64,000 nt of DNA, taken from NCBI GenBank assembly GCA_964467885.1, contig CAYXUE010000002.1, forward strand, positions 14,564-78,563, given 5' to 3'. The notes beneath the pieces are model-generated. The model worked only from the letters and a program-made list of their open reading frames with translations, made no database searches and was not told the origin of the DNA. This DNA comes from an uncultured bacterium (GTDB lineage: Bacteria; Deinococcota; Deinococci; Deinococcales; Trueperaceae). This document shows, piece by piece, positions 32,528 to 42,257 of the stretch. How positions within the stretch are numbered: position 1 is the stretch's first letter; the number at the start of each line of letters is the position of its first letter. Both the position numbers and the translations under genes were made by a program.

Positions 32528-34318
32528 GTGAAGCGGGGAGATCTACCGGTACTACCAACCTCACCAGGCTGCTACCTGTTCCACAGGGCTGACGGCACCG
32601 TCATCTACGTCGGTAAGGCCGTCAACCTGCGGAGCCGGGTAGGCAGCTACTTCGGCAACAACGTCCACGAGAAGGTGCGGCTGTTGCGGCAGGACGCCGC
32701 CTACCTCGACTTCATCGTCACCAAGGACGAGATCGAGGCGCTCATCCTCGAGGCCAACCTCATCAAGGAGCACCAGCCGCACTACAACGTGCTCCTCAAG
32801 GACGACAAGAGCTACCCGTTCCTCAAGCTCACGAACGAGCCGTACCCCACGCTCATCTTCACGCGGCAGGTGGTCAAGGACGGCGGCATCTACTACGGGC
32901 CCTACCCCAACGCCGGCGCCGTCAGGCGCGTGCTGGACCTGGTATACAGCGTCTTCAAGCTACGCAAGAACTCGGGTGTGCCACTGCAACTCCGCAACCG
33001 GCCCTGCCTGCGCTTCCACATGGGTCGCTGCCTGGCGCCCTGCACGGGCCAGGCCGACCTGGAGGAGTACCGCGAGGTGGTGGCGGACGTGCGCGCCTTC
33101 CTGGAGGGCCGCGTGAGCGAGGTGGTGGAGCGCACCGAGTCGCAGATGATGGAGGCGGCCCAGCGCCAGGACTTCGAACTGGCCGCCACCTACCGCGACC
33201 GCTTGGACGCGCTGAAGCGCGTGACGGGCTGGGACTCCAACGTCATGGCCTCCGGCGCCGAGGACCTCGACTTCCTAGGTCTGGCCACGGCCGGCAACCT
33301 GGCCATGGTGCAACTGTTCCAGATGCGCTCCGGCCGCGTGGTGGGCCGCGACAAGCGGCTCCTCACCAACGCCGCCGGCGCCACGGAGGCCGAGATCCTG
33401 GAGCGCTTCATGGCCGAGTACTACGGTCAGGCCATGCAGTTGCCGCCCCTGGTGCTGGTGCCGGACGCCGAGCTGGACGAGCCCATGTGGGAGCGCTTCC
33501 TGGAGGGCAGGCGGGGCCGCCGGGTGGAGGTGCGCGTGCCGCGGCGCGGCGAGAAGGTGGAGCTGCTGAAGATGGCGGAGCGCAACGCCGTCACGGGGGT
33601 GGAAGCCGAGATCGCGCTTCTGGAGCGGCGGGGCGAGGCGCCGGGCGTGGGCGAGCTGCAGGAGCTGCTGGAGCTGGAGAACCCGCCTTGGCGCATAGAG
33701 GGCTTCGACATCTCGAACCTCATGGGCACGCACACGGTGGCCAGCATCGTGTCCTTCGAGGGCGGCCGTTCCAAGCGCTCCGACTACCGCCGGCTGCGCA
33801 TCCGCGGGCTGGACAAACCCGACGACTTCTTCTCCATGCACCAAGCGGTGCTACGGCGCTTCACGGGCCAGCTGGCGGACAAGCTGCCGCCGCCGGACCT
33901 GATCCTCATCGACGGCGGCAAGGGGCAGATCAGCGCCGCCAAGCGCGCCCTGGCGGAGGCGGGCATGAAGATCCCGCTGGTGGGTCTGGCCAAGCGCGAG
34001 GAGCGCATCATCACGGCGGCGGGGGAGGAGGTGCTGGTGCCCCTAACGCATCCCGCGCTGCGTCTACTTATGCACGTGCGGGACGAGGCGCACCGCACCG
34101 CCGTGGGCTACAACCGGCAACGGCGAGGCAAGGCGCTGACGAGGAGTGTGCTGGACGACGTACCTGGCATCGGCCCCAGGCGGCGCGACGCCCTGCTGGC
34201 GCACTTCTCCAGCGTGGACGAGCTGCGCAGCGCCCCGGTGGACGTGCTGGCCTCCGTGCCGGGCGTGGGGCCGGTGGCGGCCCAGGCGCTGAAGGACTTC
34301 TTCGAGGGGGCGGACTGA
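32528..34318 (+). CDS. uvrC: Excinuclease ABC subunit C
   Basis: GIY-YIG module (GCYLFHRADGTVIYVGKAVNLRSRV), a central UVR region, and C-terminal endonuclease and HhH regions. Confidence 0.95.
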   Translation: MKRGDLPVLPTSPGCYLFHRADGTVIYVGKAVNLRSRVGSYFGNNVHEKVRLLRQDAAYLDFIVTKDEIEALILEANLIKEHQPHYNVLLKDDKSYPFLKLTNEPYPTLIFTRQVVKDGGIYYGPYPNAGAVRRVLDLVYSVFKLRKNSGVPLQLRNRPCLRFHMGRCLAPCTGQADLEEYREVVADVRAFLEGRVSEVVERTESQMMEAAQRQDFELAATYRDRLDALKRVTGWDSNVMASGAEDLDFLGLATAGNLAMVQLFQMRSGRVVGRDKRLLTNAAGATEAEILERFMAEYYGQAMQLPPLVLVPDAELDEPMWERFLEGRRGRRVEVRVPRRGEKVELLKMAERNAVTGVEAEIALLERRGEAPGVGELQELLELENPPWRIEGFDISNLMGTHTVASIVSFEGGRSKRSDYRRLRIRGLDKPDDFFSMHQAVLRRFTGQLADKLPPPDLILIDGGKGQISAAKRALAEAGMKIPLVGLAKREERIITAAGEEVLVPLTHPALRLLMHVRDEAHRTAVGYNRQRRGKALTRSVLDDVPGIGPRRRDALLAHFSSVDELRSAPVDVLASVPGVGPVAAQALKDFFEGAD

Positions 34319-34397
34319 GGGTCGCGCGATCCGGCCCGGCTACCGCCGGAGGAGGTGGGTGCGCTGGCGAGCCGGCCCGCAGCCGCTGCGCGGGGCG

Positions 34398-34967
34398 TCA
34401 GGGCAGCGCCTGCGCCTGCCCGAAGCTGGTGACGCGCCCGTCACGCGCCGCCAGCCAGCGCTCGCGCGTCAGTTCCATGTGAACGTCTATGCGACCGTTG
34501 GCGTCCACCCGGCGGTTGACCTCCTGGAAGCCGACCTTCTTGAAGGCGCGCTGCGCCCTCAGGTTATCGCCGAACGTCTCCAGTCGAACCAACCGTAAGC
34601 CCAGCCCGTCGAAGGCGTACTCCAACAGCGCGTGCATGGCCTCGGGGCCGTAGCCGGCCGACCAGTGCGTGCGCTCGCCGATGATTATGCCCAAGGTGCA
34701 TTCGGTGCCGCGGATGTCGTAGAGCTCGGTGGTGCCGATGAAGTCCTGGCGTTCGTCGAAGATGCCGAAGGTAGCCCTGTCGGCGCGCCTGGAGTCGTTA
34801 CGCAGCAGGCGCCTGAGGAGCCAGAGCGGCATCCGGTTGGGTGGCGTCCCGTTGAGGTACGCGATCTCCGGATCGCGGAAGTGGCTCTGCAAGCGGCGCC
34901 AATCGGTCTCGGAGAACTCCTCCAGTGGCCGCAGCGTCACGCGCCCGAACGCTGGTGTCATGCCCAT
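34398..34967 (-). CDS. GNAT family N-acetyltransferase
   Basis: Only the last 189 codons of listed ORF 34398..36173 look protein-like (MGMTPAFGRVTLRPLEE...RLETFGDNLRAQRAFKKVGFQEV). The rest is antisense to moxR. Confidence 0.6.
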   Translation of the reverse strand: MGMTPAFGRVTLRPLEEFSETDWRRLQSHFRDPEIAYLNGTPPNRMPLWLLRRLLRNDSRRADRATFGIFDERQDFIGTTELYDIRGTECTLGIIIGERTHWSAGYGPEAMHALLEYAFDGLGLRLVRLETFGDNLRAQRAFKKVGFQEVNRRVDANGRIDVHMELTRERWLAARDGRVTSFGQAQALP

Positions 34968-35065
34968 GAGTTTACTCCGCCGGGCCCGCAGGCGAGTCCC
35001 GCGCGGTCTCACGGGGGACTCGGTGGGCCACGCCAGCGCAGTCACGACGGCGTGCGGCTCACGGC

Positions 35066-35071
35066 TATACT
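35066..35071 (+). promoter_or_regulatory. -10-like box TATACT, ~68 nt upstream of the moxR ATG
   Basis: TATACT lies in the divergent GNAT/moxR spacer. moxR itself has an AAGGGAGA SD. Confidence 0.35.
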
Positions 35072-35138
35072 GCCGACGTGGACGCACAGGGGCTGGGCCC
35101 TCATCCGGCCGCCGCCCGCGCCATCGCGAAAGGGAGAC

Positions 35139-36110
35139 ATGACCCAACAGAGCGTCGGCAATGAGCTGCCTCCCCTCGAGCAGTTCGCAGAGAAGTTCCG
35201 CAGACTGACCTCCACCATCGGCGGGGTGGTGCTGGGCCAGGGCCAGGTGGTCGAAGAGCTGCTCATCGCCGCTCTGGCGCGCGGTCACGTCCTCATCGAG
35301 GGCGTGCCGGGCCTGGGCAAGACGCGCCTGGTGCACGCCTTCGCCGACGCCACCGAGCTGACCTTCTCCCGCATCCAGTTCACCCCCGACCTCATGCCGG
35401 CCGACGTCACGGGCACCAACGTGTTCATCGACGCCCCGCAGGAGAGCCGCTTCGAGTTCCAGCAGGGACCGGTGTTCACCAACGTGCTGCTGGCGGACGA
35501 GATCAACCGCGCCACCCCCAAGACGCAGTCGGCCCTGCTGGAGGCCATGCAGGAGCGCGCCGTCACGGTGGCCGGCAAGCGCTACCAGCTGGACGAGCCT
35601 TTCATGGTGCTGGCCACGCAGAACCCGCTGGAGATGGAGGGCACATACCCTCTGCCCGAGGCGCAACTCGACCGCTTCCTCTTCAAGATCGTCATCGAGC
35701 GGCCGGACGCTGACACCCTGCGCCGCATCCTGGTCGTCACCACCGGCCGGGACGAGGCGCCGGTGGAGCCGGTGTTCAGCAAGGCCGAGCTCCTGGAACT
35801 GCAACGCATGCTGCGCGCCGTGCCTGTGGCCGACGCCGGCCTGGATTACGTGGTGCGCATCGTCGAGGCCACGCACCAGCACCCCATGGTGCGGCTGGGT
35901 GCCAGCCCGCGCGGCGCGCAGGCCGTTACCCTCGCCGCCAAGGGCTACGCGCTGGCGGCCGGCCGGCCCAACGTGGAGCTGGAGGACATCCGCCGGGCTG
36001 TGCCCCCGGCCCTGCGCCACCGGCTGCTGCTGGACTTCGAAGCCGAGGTGGAGGGCGTGGGTACGGACCGCATCCTGGCCGAGGTGCTGGAGCGGGTCGG
36101 CCGGAGCTGA
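35139..36110 (+). CDS. MoxR-family AAA+ ATPase
   Basis: GVPGLGKT (Walker A), LLADEINRA (Walker B), and the typical MoxR length. An SD lies upstream of the ATG at 35139. Confidence 0.9.
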   Translation: MTQQSVGNELPPLEQFAEKFRRLTSTIGGVVLGQGQVVEELLIAALARGHVLIEGVPGLGKTRLVHAFADATELTFSRIQFTPDLMPADVTGTNVFIDAPQESRFEFQQGPVFTNVLLADEINRATPKTQSALLEAMQERAVTVAGKRYQLDEPFMVLATQNPLEMEGTYPLPEAQLDRFLFKIVIERPDADTLRRILVVTTGRDEAPVEPVFSKAELLELQRMLRAVPVADAGLDYVVRIVEATHQHPMVRLGASPRGAQAVTLAAKGYALAAGRPNVELEDIRRAVPPALRHRLLLDFEAEVEGVGTDRILAEVLERVGRS

Positions 36111-37024
36111 TGCTGGGCCCGGGCACCCGCGCCCTGCTGGACCGATACGCCCTGGCCTCGCGGGCTCTGTCACGCGTGGGTGGGGAGCGCAGCGCCACCG
36201 AGCCGGGCCAGAGCGTGGAGTTCCACGACTACCGGGCGTACCAGCCAGGCGACGAGCTGAGGTACGTGGACTGGCGGGTGTACGCCCGTACGGGCCGGCT
36301 CTACACCCGCCTCTACCAGGCGGAGCGCTCCGTCCGGCTGCACATCGTGCTGGACAACTCGGCCAGCATGACGCTCTACGGCAAGGACGCCTACGCCCGC
36401 ACGCTGGTGCAGCTGCTCACGTACGTGTCGCAGCGCGACGCCCCCACGCAGCTGCACCTGCTGGACGGCCGCAGGAGCCGCCCGGCCCAGGGCCTCAGCG
36501 GCCTGAAGGAGAGCCTCAGGTTCGTGGACGAGGCCGGTAGCGTGCGACCCGCGCAGCAGGCGGTTTCGGGCACGGCTGGGGACGACGGTGGCGCTGAGCT
36601 TTCGGTCATGCCCATTACGGCTCTCAAGCGCTTCGCGCTGTCGCTGCCCACGGTGCGGGGCGCCTCGCTGGTGCTGGTGGTGTCCGACCTGCTGGAGGAC
36701 GCCAGCCTGCGGCCCACCTTGGCGGCGCTGCGGGCACGGGGTGTGGACGTGGGTTTCCTGCAGATCGTGGCAGGTGAGGAGCTCTCGCCCCCGACGGCCC
36801 TGCTGGAGCTGCTGGACGTGGAGAGCGGCGAGAAGCTGCCGGTGGGCGCGGCCGAGATAGAGGCGTACCGTGCGGAGGTGCGGGCCTTCCTGGCGCGCAC
36901 CCGGGCGGCGATCCTCAGGGCCGGCTTCAAGCACGTTCAGCTCAGAACCCCCGAGGAGGGCGAGGACGTGGAGCGCACGGCCATGGCGGCGCTCATCCGT
37001 GCCGGCGTTCTGGCCAAGCGCTGA
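36110..37024 (+). CDS. DUF58 domain protein (MoxR partner, VWA-like)
   Basis: GQSVEFHDYRAYQPGDELRYVDWRVYARTGRLYTR is the DUF58 signature. LHIVLDNSASM is a DxSxS MIDAS-like motif. 1-nt stop/start overlap with moxR. Confidence 0.8.
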   Translation: MLGPGTRALLDRYALASRALSRVGGERSATEPGQSVEFHDYRAYQPGDELRYVDWRVYARTGRLYTRLYQAERSVRLHIVLDNSASMTLYGKDAYARTLVQLLTYVSQRDAPTQLHLLDGRRSRPAQGLSGLKESLRFVDEAGSVRPAQQAVSGTAGDDGGAELSVMPITALKRFALSLPTVRGASLVLVVSDLLEDASLRPTLAALRARGVDVGFLQIVAGEELSPPTALLELLDVESGEKLPVGAAEIEAYRAEVRAFLARTRAAILRAGFKHVQLRTPEEGEDVERTAMAALIRAGVLAKR

Positions 37025-37104
37025 GCCCGGGTCGGGTTCCGGGCAGGCCGCGCCCGGGTTAACCGGGCCGCCCGGACCCCGGGGTAGTGAGGGCGCGCGG
37101 CACG

Positions 37105-37110
37105 TATGAT
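37105..37110 (+). promoter_or_regulatory. -10-like box TATGAT, 7 nt upstream of the GTG at 37118 (leaderless-type)
   Basis: The sequence reads TATGAT gagccgc GTG. The box overlaps the ATG at 37106 that opens the listed ORF. Confidence 0.4.
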
Positions 37111-37117
37111 GAGCCGC

Positions 37118-39319
37118 GTGAGTGAACGTGTGGCAATGTTGGCGCTGGCGCTCCTGACGGCACTAGCGGTGGTGGCAGCGCCCTGGGGCGCCGTCAACCG
37201 CGAAACGGGTGCTCGCAGCGCGGTCGTCCTCCTACCCGATCGTATGGTCGATTTCACCGGCCGCACCGATCCCGTCGAGCTACCCGCCCAGGGCACGGTG
37301 CTCGTGCTGACGCTCCTGGGCCTGGCCGGCGTCGTCGGCGGCGCGGCCCTGAGGGGGCGGACCCGTTTCGTGGTCTGGGCCGTGAGTGGTCTGGTGCTCG
37401 TGGCCGGCACCGCGTGGGGCGTGAACCGCTTCTTCGACTCCGTGGCCGATGCCCGGGTCTCCGCTCTGGTGGCGGAGGTGCAGCGGGTCATCGACAATCC
37501 CCGGCCCAACGTCGACGTGGATCAGCTGCGACAGGTAGTGGCCGATGCCCCCGACAGGAGCCTCAGCGAGAACATAGCCGCGGCCGACGATGCGGGGCTG
37601 GTGATCCGGCGCCTGCCCTACAGCAACGCCGGCTTCGGCCTGACGGCCTTCCTGGCCGTGGTCACGGGCATCTTCGCGCTGCTGTTCGGCCTGCGTTACT
37701 GGGAGACCGCCTCGCGCCTGCTGGACCGCGTCATGCGGGCGGCGGCCGTGCCGGCCATATCCATCGCCTTGGCCCTGCTGGCCGCCGCGGTGGTGATACT
37801 GGCGCTGCAGCCCACGCCTGTGGGCGCCAGCGCCGAGGTGGAGGGCTGGTTCCTCTACCTGGTCGGGCGGTTGGATACCCTCTGGTACGCCTACTACTCC
37901 ATGTTCCACGACTCGCTGGCCACCGTTAACGGCTTCGCCGAGTCCCTGAAGTTCGCCACGCCGCTCATCTTCACGGGCCTGGCGGTGGCGTTCGGCTTCC
38001 AGGCCGGGCTCTTCAACATCGGCGCGCCGGGCCAGATGGTCATGGGCTCCGTCTTCGCCATGTTCGCCGGCTTGTACATCCCCGGTCCCAGGCTCATAGT
38101 GCTGCCGCTGGCGGTCCTGGCGGCCGCGCTGGGTGGCGCCTTGTGGGGCGCCATCCCCGGCTGGCTCAAGGCGCGCTTCGGGGCCAACGAGGTCATCAAC
38201 ACCATCCTGCTCAACTTCGTGGCGGCCTCCGTGCTGCTCTTCATCCTCTCGTCGGGCAACGTCTTCGCCGCGGCAGCGGTGCGCATCATCGTGGTCATCG
38301 GCGTGCTGCTACTGCTGATGATCATCCTGTCGCTCATCCCTGCCGTGCGGGCCCTGGTGCGGCGCGGTCCGCGGCTGGCGGTGGCGGCCGGCCTGGTGGT
38401 GCTGCTGGGCGGCACCGTGGTGGCTGGTCTGCCGCAGCCGGGCGACCAACCGGTGACGCTGCAGATGCCGTTCAAGGTGCCCGGCAACGAGCCCAAGTCG
38501 AAGGAACTCAACCACACGGCGCGTCTGCCGCAGCTGCCCGCCATGCTGGGTATCCAGCGGTCGGGGGTGAACGTCGTGCAGCTGGATTACGGGCTCCTCC
38601 TGGCGCCGCTCGGGCTCCTGGCGGGCCTGGTGGTGCTGCCGCGCTGGCGGCGCCTCAGGCCCTGGTCCAGGCGGCTGCCCGCCGCGCTGGGAGTGGGTGT
38701 GGTGGTGTACGCCGCCGCCTGGCTCCTCGGATGGACGCAGTTGCCGACGGCCATCCCTCCGACCAAGCTCAACCTCTCGTTCCTGCTGGCCCTACTGGCC
38801 GCGGCGCTCGTGCATGTGGTGCTCTTCCGCACCCGCTGGGGCTACGAGCTCAGGGCGGTGGGCCTCTCGCCCCGCGCCGCCGAGTACGGCGGCGCCAGCA
38901 TCGCCAAGAACACCATCTGGGCCATGGCCATCAGCGGGGGCCTGGCTGGCCTGACCGCCACGCACTACGTGCTGGGCGGAGCGCTGGAGGACTACGCACT
39001 GCGGCAGTCCATCCCCACCAACGACGGCTTCGACGGCATAGCCGTGGCGCTGCTGGGCGCCAACCAGCCCATCTTCATCGTCCTCTCCGCCTTCCTCTTC
39101 GGGGTTCTCAAGTACGGCGGCTCGGTGCTCAACATCACCTTCCCCAACCTCACGCGCGAGGTGGTCAGCATGATCCTCGCGCTGGTCGTGCTCTTCATCG
39201 CCGCCCGCGGCTTCCTGCCGCAGCGTGTACTGGATCCGCGCACCTGGTTCGACGCCTCCACCGGGCCCGCCAAGGACGACGCCAACCAGAAACGAACCAC
39301 CGCAGGGGAGGGGGGTTGA
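37118..39319 (+). CDS. ABC transporter permease (BMP/simple-sugar-nucleoside, YufP-like) with a ~205-aa N-terminal membrane extension
   Basis: The core ...ESLKFATPLIFTGLAVAFGFQAGLFNIGAPGQM... and the C-terminal half are typical of this permease family. High GC3 continues through the N-terminal extension. The start is ambiguous (ATG 37106 or GTG 37118). Confidence 0.75.
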   Translation: MSERVAMLALALLTALAVVAAPWGAVNRETGARSAVVLLPDRMVDFTGRTDPVELPAQGTVLVLTLLGLAGVVGGAALRGRTRFVVWAVSGLVLVAGTAWGVNRFFDSVADARVSALVAEVQRVIDNPRPNVDVDQLRQVVADAPDRSLSENIAAADDAGLVIRRLPYSNAGFGLTAFLAVVTGIFALLFGLRYWETASRLLDRVMRAAAVPAISIALALLAAAVVILALQPTPVGASAEVEGWFLYLVGRLDTLWYAYYSMFHDSLATVNGFAESLKFATPLIFTGLAVAFGFQAGLFNIGAPGQMVMGSVFAMFAGLYIPGPRLIVLPLAVLAAALGGALWGAIPGWLKARFGANEVINTILLNFVAASVLLFILSSGNVFAAAAVRIIVVIGVLLLLMIILSLIPAVRALVRRGPRLAVAAGLVVLLGGTVVAGLPQPGDQPVTLQMPFKVPGNEPKSKELNHTARLPQLPAMLGIQRSGVNVVQLDYGLLLAPLGLLAGLVVLPRWRRLRPWSRRLPAALGVGVVVYAAAWLLGWTQLPTAIPPTKLNLSFLLALLAAALVHVVLFRTRWGYELRAVGLSPRAAEYGGASIAKNTIWAMAISGGLAGLTATHYVLGGALEDYALRQSIPTNDGFDGIAVALLGANQPIFIVLSAFLFGVLKYGGSVLNITFPNLTREVVSMILALVVLFIAARGFLPQRVLDPRTWFDASTGPAKDDANQKRTTAGEGG

Positions 39320-39320
39320 C

Positions 39321-40259
39321 ATGGATACCGTACTGATACTCGCGCTCTTCTCCTCCATGATCCGCGCCACCACCCCGCTACTGTTCGCCGCCCTGGGCGG
39401 GCTGTTCAGCGAGCGCGCCGGCGTGGTCAACATCGCGCTGGAGGGCATCATCCTCTTCGGTGCGCTGGCGGCCGCCGTCTCGGCGCAGCTCATCGAGGCG
39501 CCCTTCCTACGGGAGTCCATGAACGCCCGTGTCTGGTACGCGCCGTGGGTGGGCGTTATCGCCGCCATGATCGTTGGCGGCTTGATCGGCTGGATCCACG
39601 CCGTGGTCTCCATCCGCTACAAGGCCGACCAGATCATCTCCGGTACCGCCATCAACCTGATGGGCATCGGCATCCCCGCCGTCATCCTCTCGGGCCTCTA
39701 CGGCAACACGGCCACCTCCACCCCGCTGCGTAACCGGCTGCCCACCTGGGAGCTGTTCGGCATCGACGGCCTGGCGTTCAGCCCGCTGGTGTACCTGGCG
39801 TTCATCCTCGTGCCCATCACCTGGTTCGTGGTGTACCGCACGCCGTTCGGCCTGCGGCTGCGCTCGGTGGGCGAGCACCCCGAGGCGGCCGACTCGCTGG
39901 GCGTCAACGTGTTCCGCATGCGCTACGTTGGCGTGGTGCTATCCGGGGTGCTGGCCGGGCTGGCCGGTGCCTACCTCAGCATCGGCAACGTCAACCAGTT
40001 CGTCTCGGAGATGGCCGGCGGGCGCGGCTTCATAGCGCTGGCCGCCCTGATCTTCGGCAAGTGGCACCCCATCGGTGTGTTCGGCGCCACGCTGCTCTTC
40101 GGGGCGTTCCAGGCCAGCGAGGTGCTGCTCGGCGGCGGGCGCATCCTGCCCCCGACCGTGGTGCAGTCGCTGCCCTACATCCTCACCATGGTGGTGCTAG
40201 CCGGCTTCGTGGGGCGCTCGGTGGCGCCCAAGGCTGCGGGCAAGCCGTTCGAGAAGTGA
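39321..40259 (+). CDS. ABC transporter permease (BMP family, YufQ-like)
   Basis: ...TTPLLFAALGGLFSERAGVVNIALEGIILFGA... is the signature region. The start is 2 nt after the upstream stop, with a GGGGAGGGGGG SD. Confidence 0.85.
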   Translation: MDTVLILALFSSMIRATTPLLFAALGGLFSERAGVVNIALEGIILFGALAAAVSAQLIEAPFLRESMNARVWYAPWVGVIAAMIVGGLIGWIHAVVSIRYKADQIISGTAINLMGIGIPAVILSGLYGNTATSTPLRNRLPTWELFGIDGLAFSPLVYLAFILVPITWFVVYRTPFGLRLRSVGEHPEAADSLGVNVFRMRYVGVVLSGVLAGLAGAYLSIGNVNQFVSEMAGGRGFIALAALIFGKWHPIGVFGATLLFGAFQASEVLLGGGRILPPTVVQSLPYILTMVVLAGFVGRSVAPKAAGKPFEK

Positions 40260-40282
40260 CCTACCTGGGACGGAGGTAGACG

Positions 40283-41800
40283 GTGGCGTTCGCCAGGCGT
40301 TCGGGCATCCTGCTTCACCCGACCTCGTTGCCGGGGCCCTACGGGGTGGGGGAGTTAGGGCCCGAGGTGTTCACCTGGCTCGACTTCCTCGCCTCCGCCG
40401 GGCAGCGCCTCTGGCAGGTCATGCCGCTGGGCCCCACCGGGTACGGCGACAGCCCCTACCAGTCGTTCAGCAGCTTCGCTGGCAACCACCTCCTCATCAG
40501 CCTCGATGTGCTGGTGGAGGAGGGGTGGCTCGAGGCCGGCGAGATGGCTGCCATGGCGGAGCTGCCCAACGAGCGCGTGGATTACGGCGCGCTGATACCG
40601 CGCAAGCTGGAGCTATTGGAGCGTGCGGCGGAGCGGTTCGCCCGTTCGGCGGGGCCCGAGGACCGCGCGGAGTACGAGGCTTTCAGGTCCGAACAGGCTG
40701 GCTGGCTCGAAGATTACACGCTTTTCATGGCCCTCAAGGAGGCGCACGGCGGCGCCGCCTGGAGCGACTGGGTGCCGGGCCTGCGCGACCGCGAGGCGGC
40801 CTCGTTGCAGCGGGCGCGCGGCGAGGTGTCCGACGCTTCCACCAGGCACGCGCTCTGGCAGTTCTGGTTCTTCCGCCAGTGGGGCGCCGTTCGGCGCCGC
40901 GCCGCCGAGCTCGGCATAGAGGTAGTGGGCGACCTGCCCATCTTCGTGGCCATGGACTCGGCCGACGCCTGGGCCAATCCCGAACTGTTCCACTTCGGGG
41001 AGGACGGCCAACCGACGGTGGTGGCCGGAGTGCCGCCCGACTACTTCAGCGCCACCGGCCAGCGTTGGGGCAACCCGCTCTACCGCTGGGACGCGCTGGC
41101 TCGTACGGGTTACGCCTGGTGGGTGGAGCGCGTGCGCGCCACCCTGAACCTGGTGGACATCGTGCGCATAGATCACTTCCGCGGCTTCGCCGCCTACTGG
41201 GAGATTCCCGCCTCCGAGGAGACCGCCGTGAACGGGCGCTGGGTGAAGGGGCCGGGGCACGGGCTCTTCGAGGCGCTGAGGTCGGAACTCGGCGAACTCC
41301 CCGTCATCGCGGAGGACCTGGGCGTCATCACGCCCGACGTGGACGAACTGCGCCTGGCTCACGGACTGCCCGGCATGAAGGTTCTGCAGTTCGCCTTCGC
41401 CACGGATGCCAACGACCCGTACCTGCCGCACAACTACGAGCGGGAGTGCGTGGTGTACACCGGTACGCACGACAACGACACCACCGCCGGCTGGTACGCC
41501 GCCGCCCCCGAGGTGGAGCGCGACCTGGTGCGCCGCTACCTGGCGCGCGACGATGGCGAGATCGCCTGGGAGATGATCCGGCTGGCGCAGGCCTCCGTGG
41601 CGGACACCGCGATCGTGCCTCTACAGGATGTGCTGGGGCTGGGGAGCGAGGCGCGGATGAACACGCCCGGCACCGCGGGCGGCAACTGGGCCTGGCGCTT
41701 CGCCTGGCAGGACGTGCCGTTCTGGGTGGCGCCGCAACTGGCGGAGATGGCCGAGCTGTACGGCCGGGTGCCGGGCGCCGAGAGGCGGGAAGAGGTCTAG
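40283..41800 (+). CDS. malQ: 4-alpha-glucanotransferase (amylomaltase)
   Basis: GILLHPTSLPGPYGVGELG at the N-terminus, plus GDLPIFVAMDSADAW, RIDHFRGF and HDNDT motifs of GH77. Confidence 0.95.
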   Translation: MAFARRSGILLHPTSLPGPYGVGELGPEVFTWLDFLASAGQRLWQVMPLGPTGYGDSPYQSFSSFAGNHLLISLDVLVEEGWLEAGEMAAMAELPNERVDYGALIPRKLELLERAAERFARSAGPEDRAEYEAFRSEQAGWLEDYTLFMALKEAHGGAAWSDWVPGLRDREAASLQRARGEVSDASTRHALWQFWFFRQWGAVRRRAAELGIEVVGDLPIFVAMDSADAWANPELFHFGEDGQPTVVAGVPPDYFSATGQRWGNPLYRWDALARTGYAWWVERVRATLNLVDIVRIDHFRGFAAYWEIPASEETAVNGRWVKGPGHGLFEALRSELGELPVIAEDLGVITPDVDELRLAHGLPGMKVLQFAFATDANDPYLPHNYERECVVYTGTHDNDTTAGWYAAAPEVERDLVRRYLARDDGEIAWEMIRLAQASVADTAIVPLQDVLGLGSEARMNTPGTAGGNWAWRFAWQDVPFWVAPQLAEMAELYGRVPGAERREEV

Positions 41801-41861
41801 CAGCCGGGCGGCAGGGCTACCCGCGGGGGCGCGGCTAAGCCCTGGGGGCGGGGGAGCGCGG

Positions 41862-42212
41862 TCAGCGCCCTACCGCCTCCAGGCGCTGTCCTACGTTGAC
41901 GAGCGCGCGGCCGATCTGGCGCACCATCACGCGCCACCGGGCCATCTCTTCTCCCGGGAACCCACGTACCCGCGACTCCCCGTGCGCTCGCACCACTCTC
42001 GCCGCGACTCCTTCGGTGGGTAACTCCGCCCGGAGTTCGCGTACCCCCCGCCGCCGGCTCCGGAACCGGTTGGCCCGCGCTTCGCGTGCGGCTCGCAAGC
42101 CGAGGCTGGCTAGCTGCGAGTTCTCCGCCTCCTTGAGCAGACTGCGCTGGTGGGCTAGTGCCTGGTCTAGGTTGCTCCAGTCCATTCCGGTCATGACGGC
42201 ACCTATCCTCAC
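41862..42212 (-). CDS. Hypothetical protein (Arg-rich, no recognisable family)
   Basis: The ORF is divergent from the CGNR gene. The start is ambiguous (GTG 42212 or ATG 42194). I recognise no motif. Confidence 0.3.
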   Translation of the reverse strand: MRIGAVMTGMDWSNLDQALAHQRSLLKEAENSQLASLGLRAAREARANRFRSRRRGVRELRAELPTEGVAARVVRAHGESRVRGFPGEEMARWRVMVRQIGRALVNVGQRLEAVGR

Positions 42213-42257
42213 TGGTTCTCAGTGGCGGGCTGCGGATGTTGGGGGTGTCTATCAGCC

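Noticed and set aside
35078-35164. 28-codon ORF starting at a GTG 6 nt after the TATACT box upstream of moxR.
   Set aside because: It is out of frame with moxR and runs through the moxR SD and start. Its composition is unremarkable. It is more simply explained as the 5' UTR of moxR.
34968-36173. N-terminal ~400 codons of listed ORF 34398..36173 (minus strand).
   Set aside because: This part is antisense to the clear MoxR ATPase gene. Only the last 189 codons (34398-34967) resemble a GNAT protein, and they begin at a Met.
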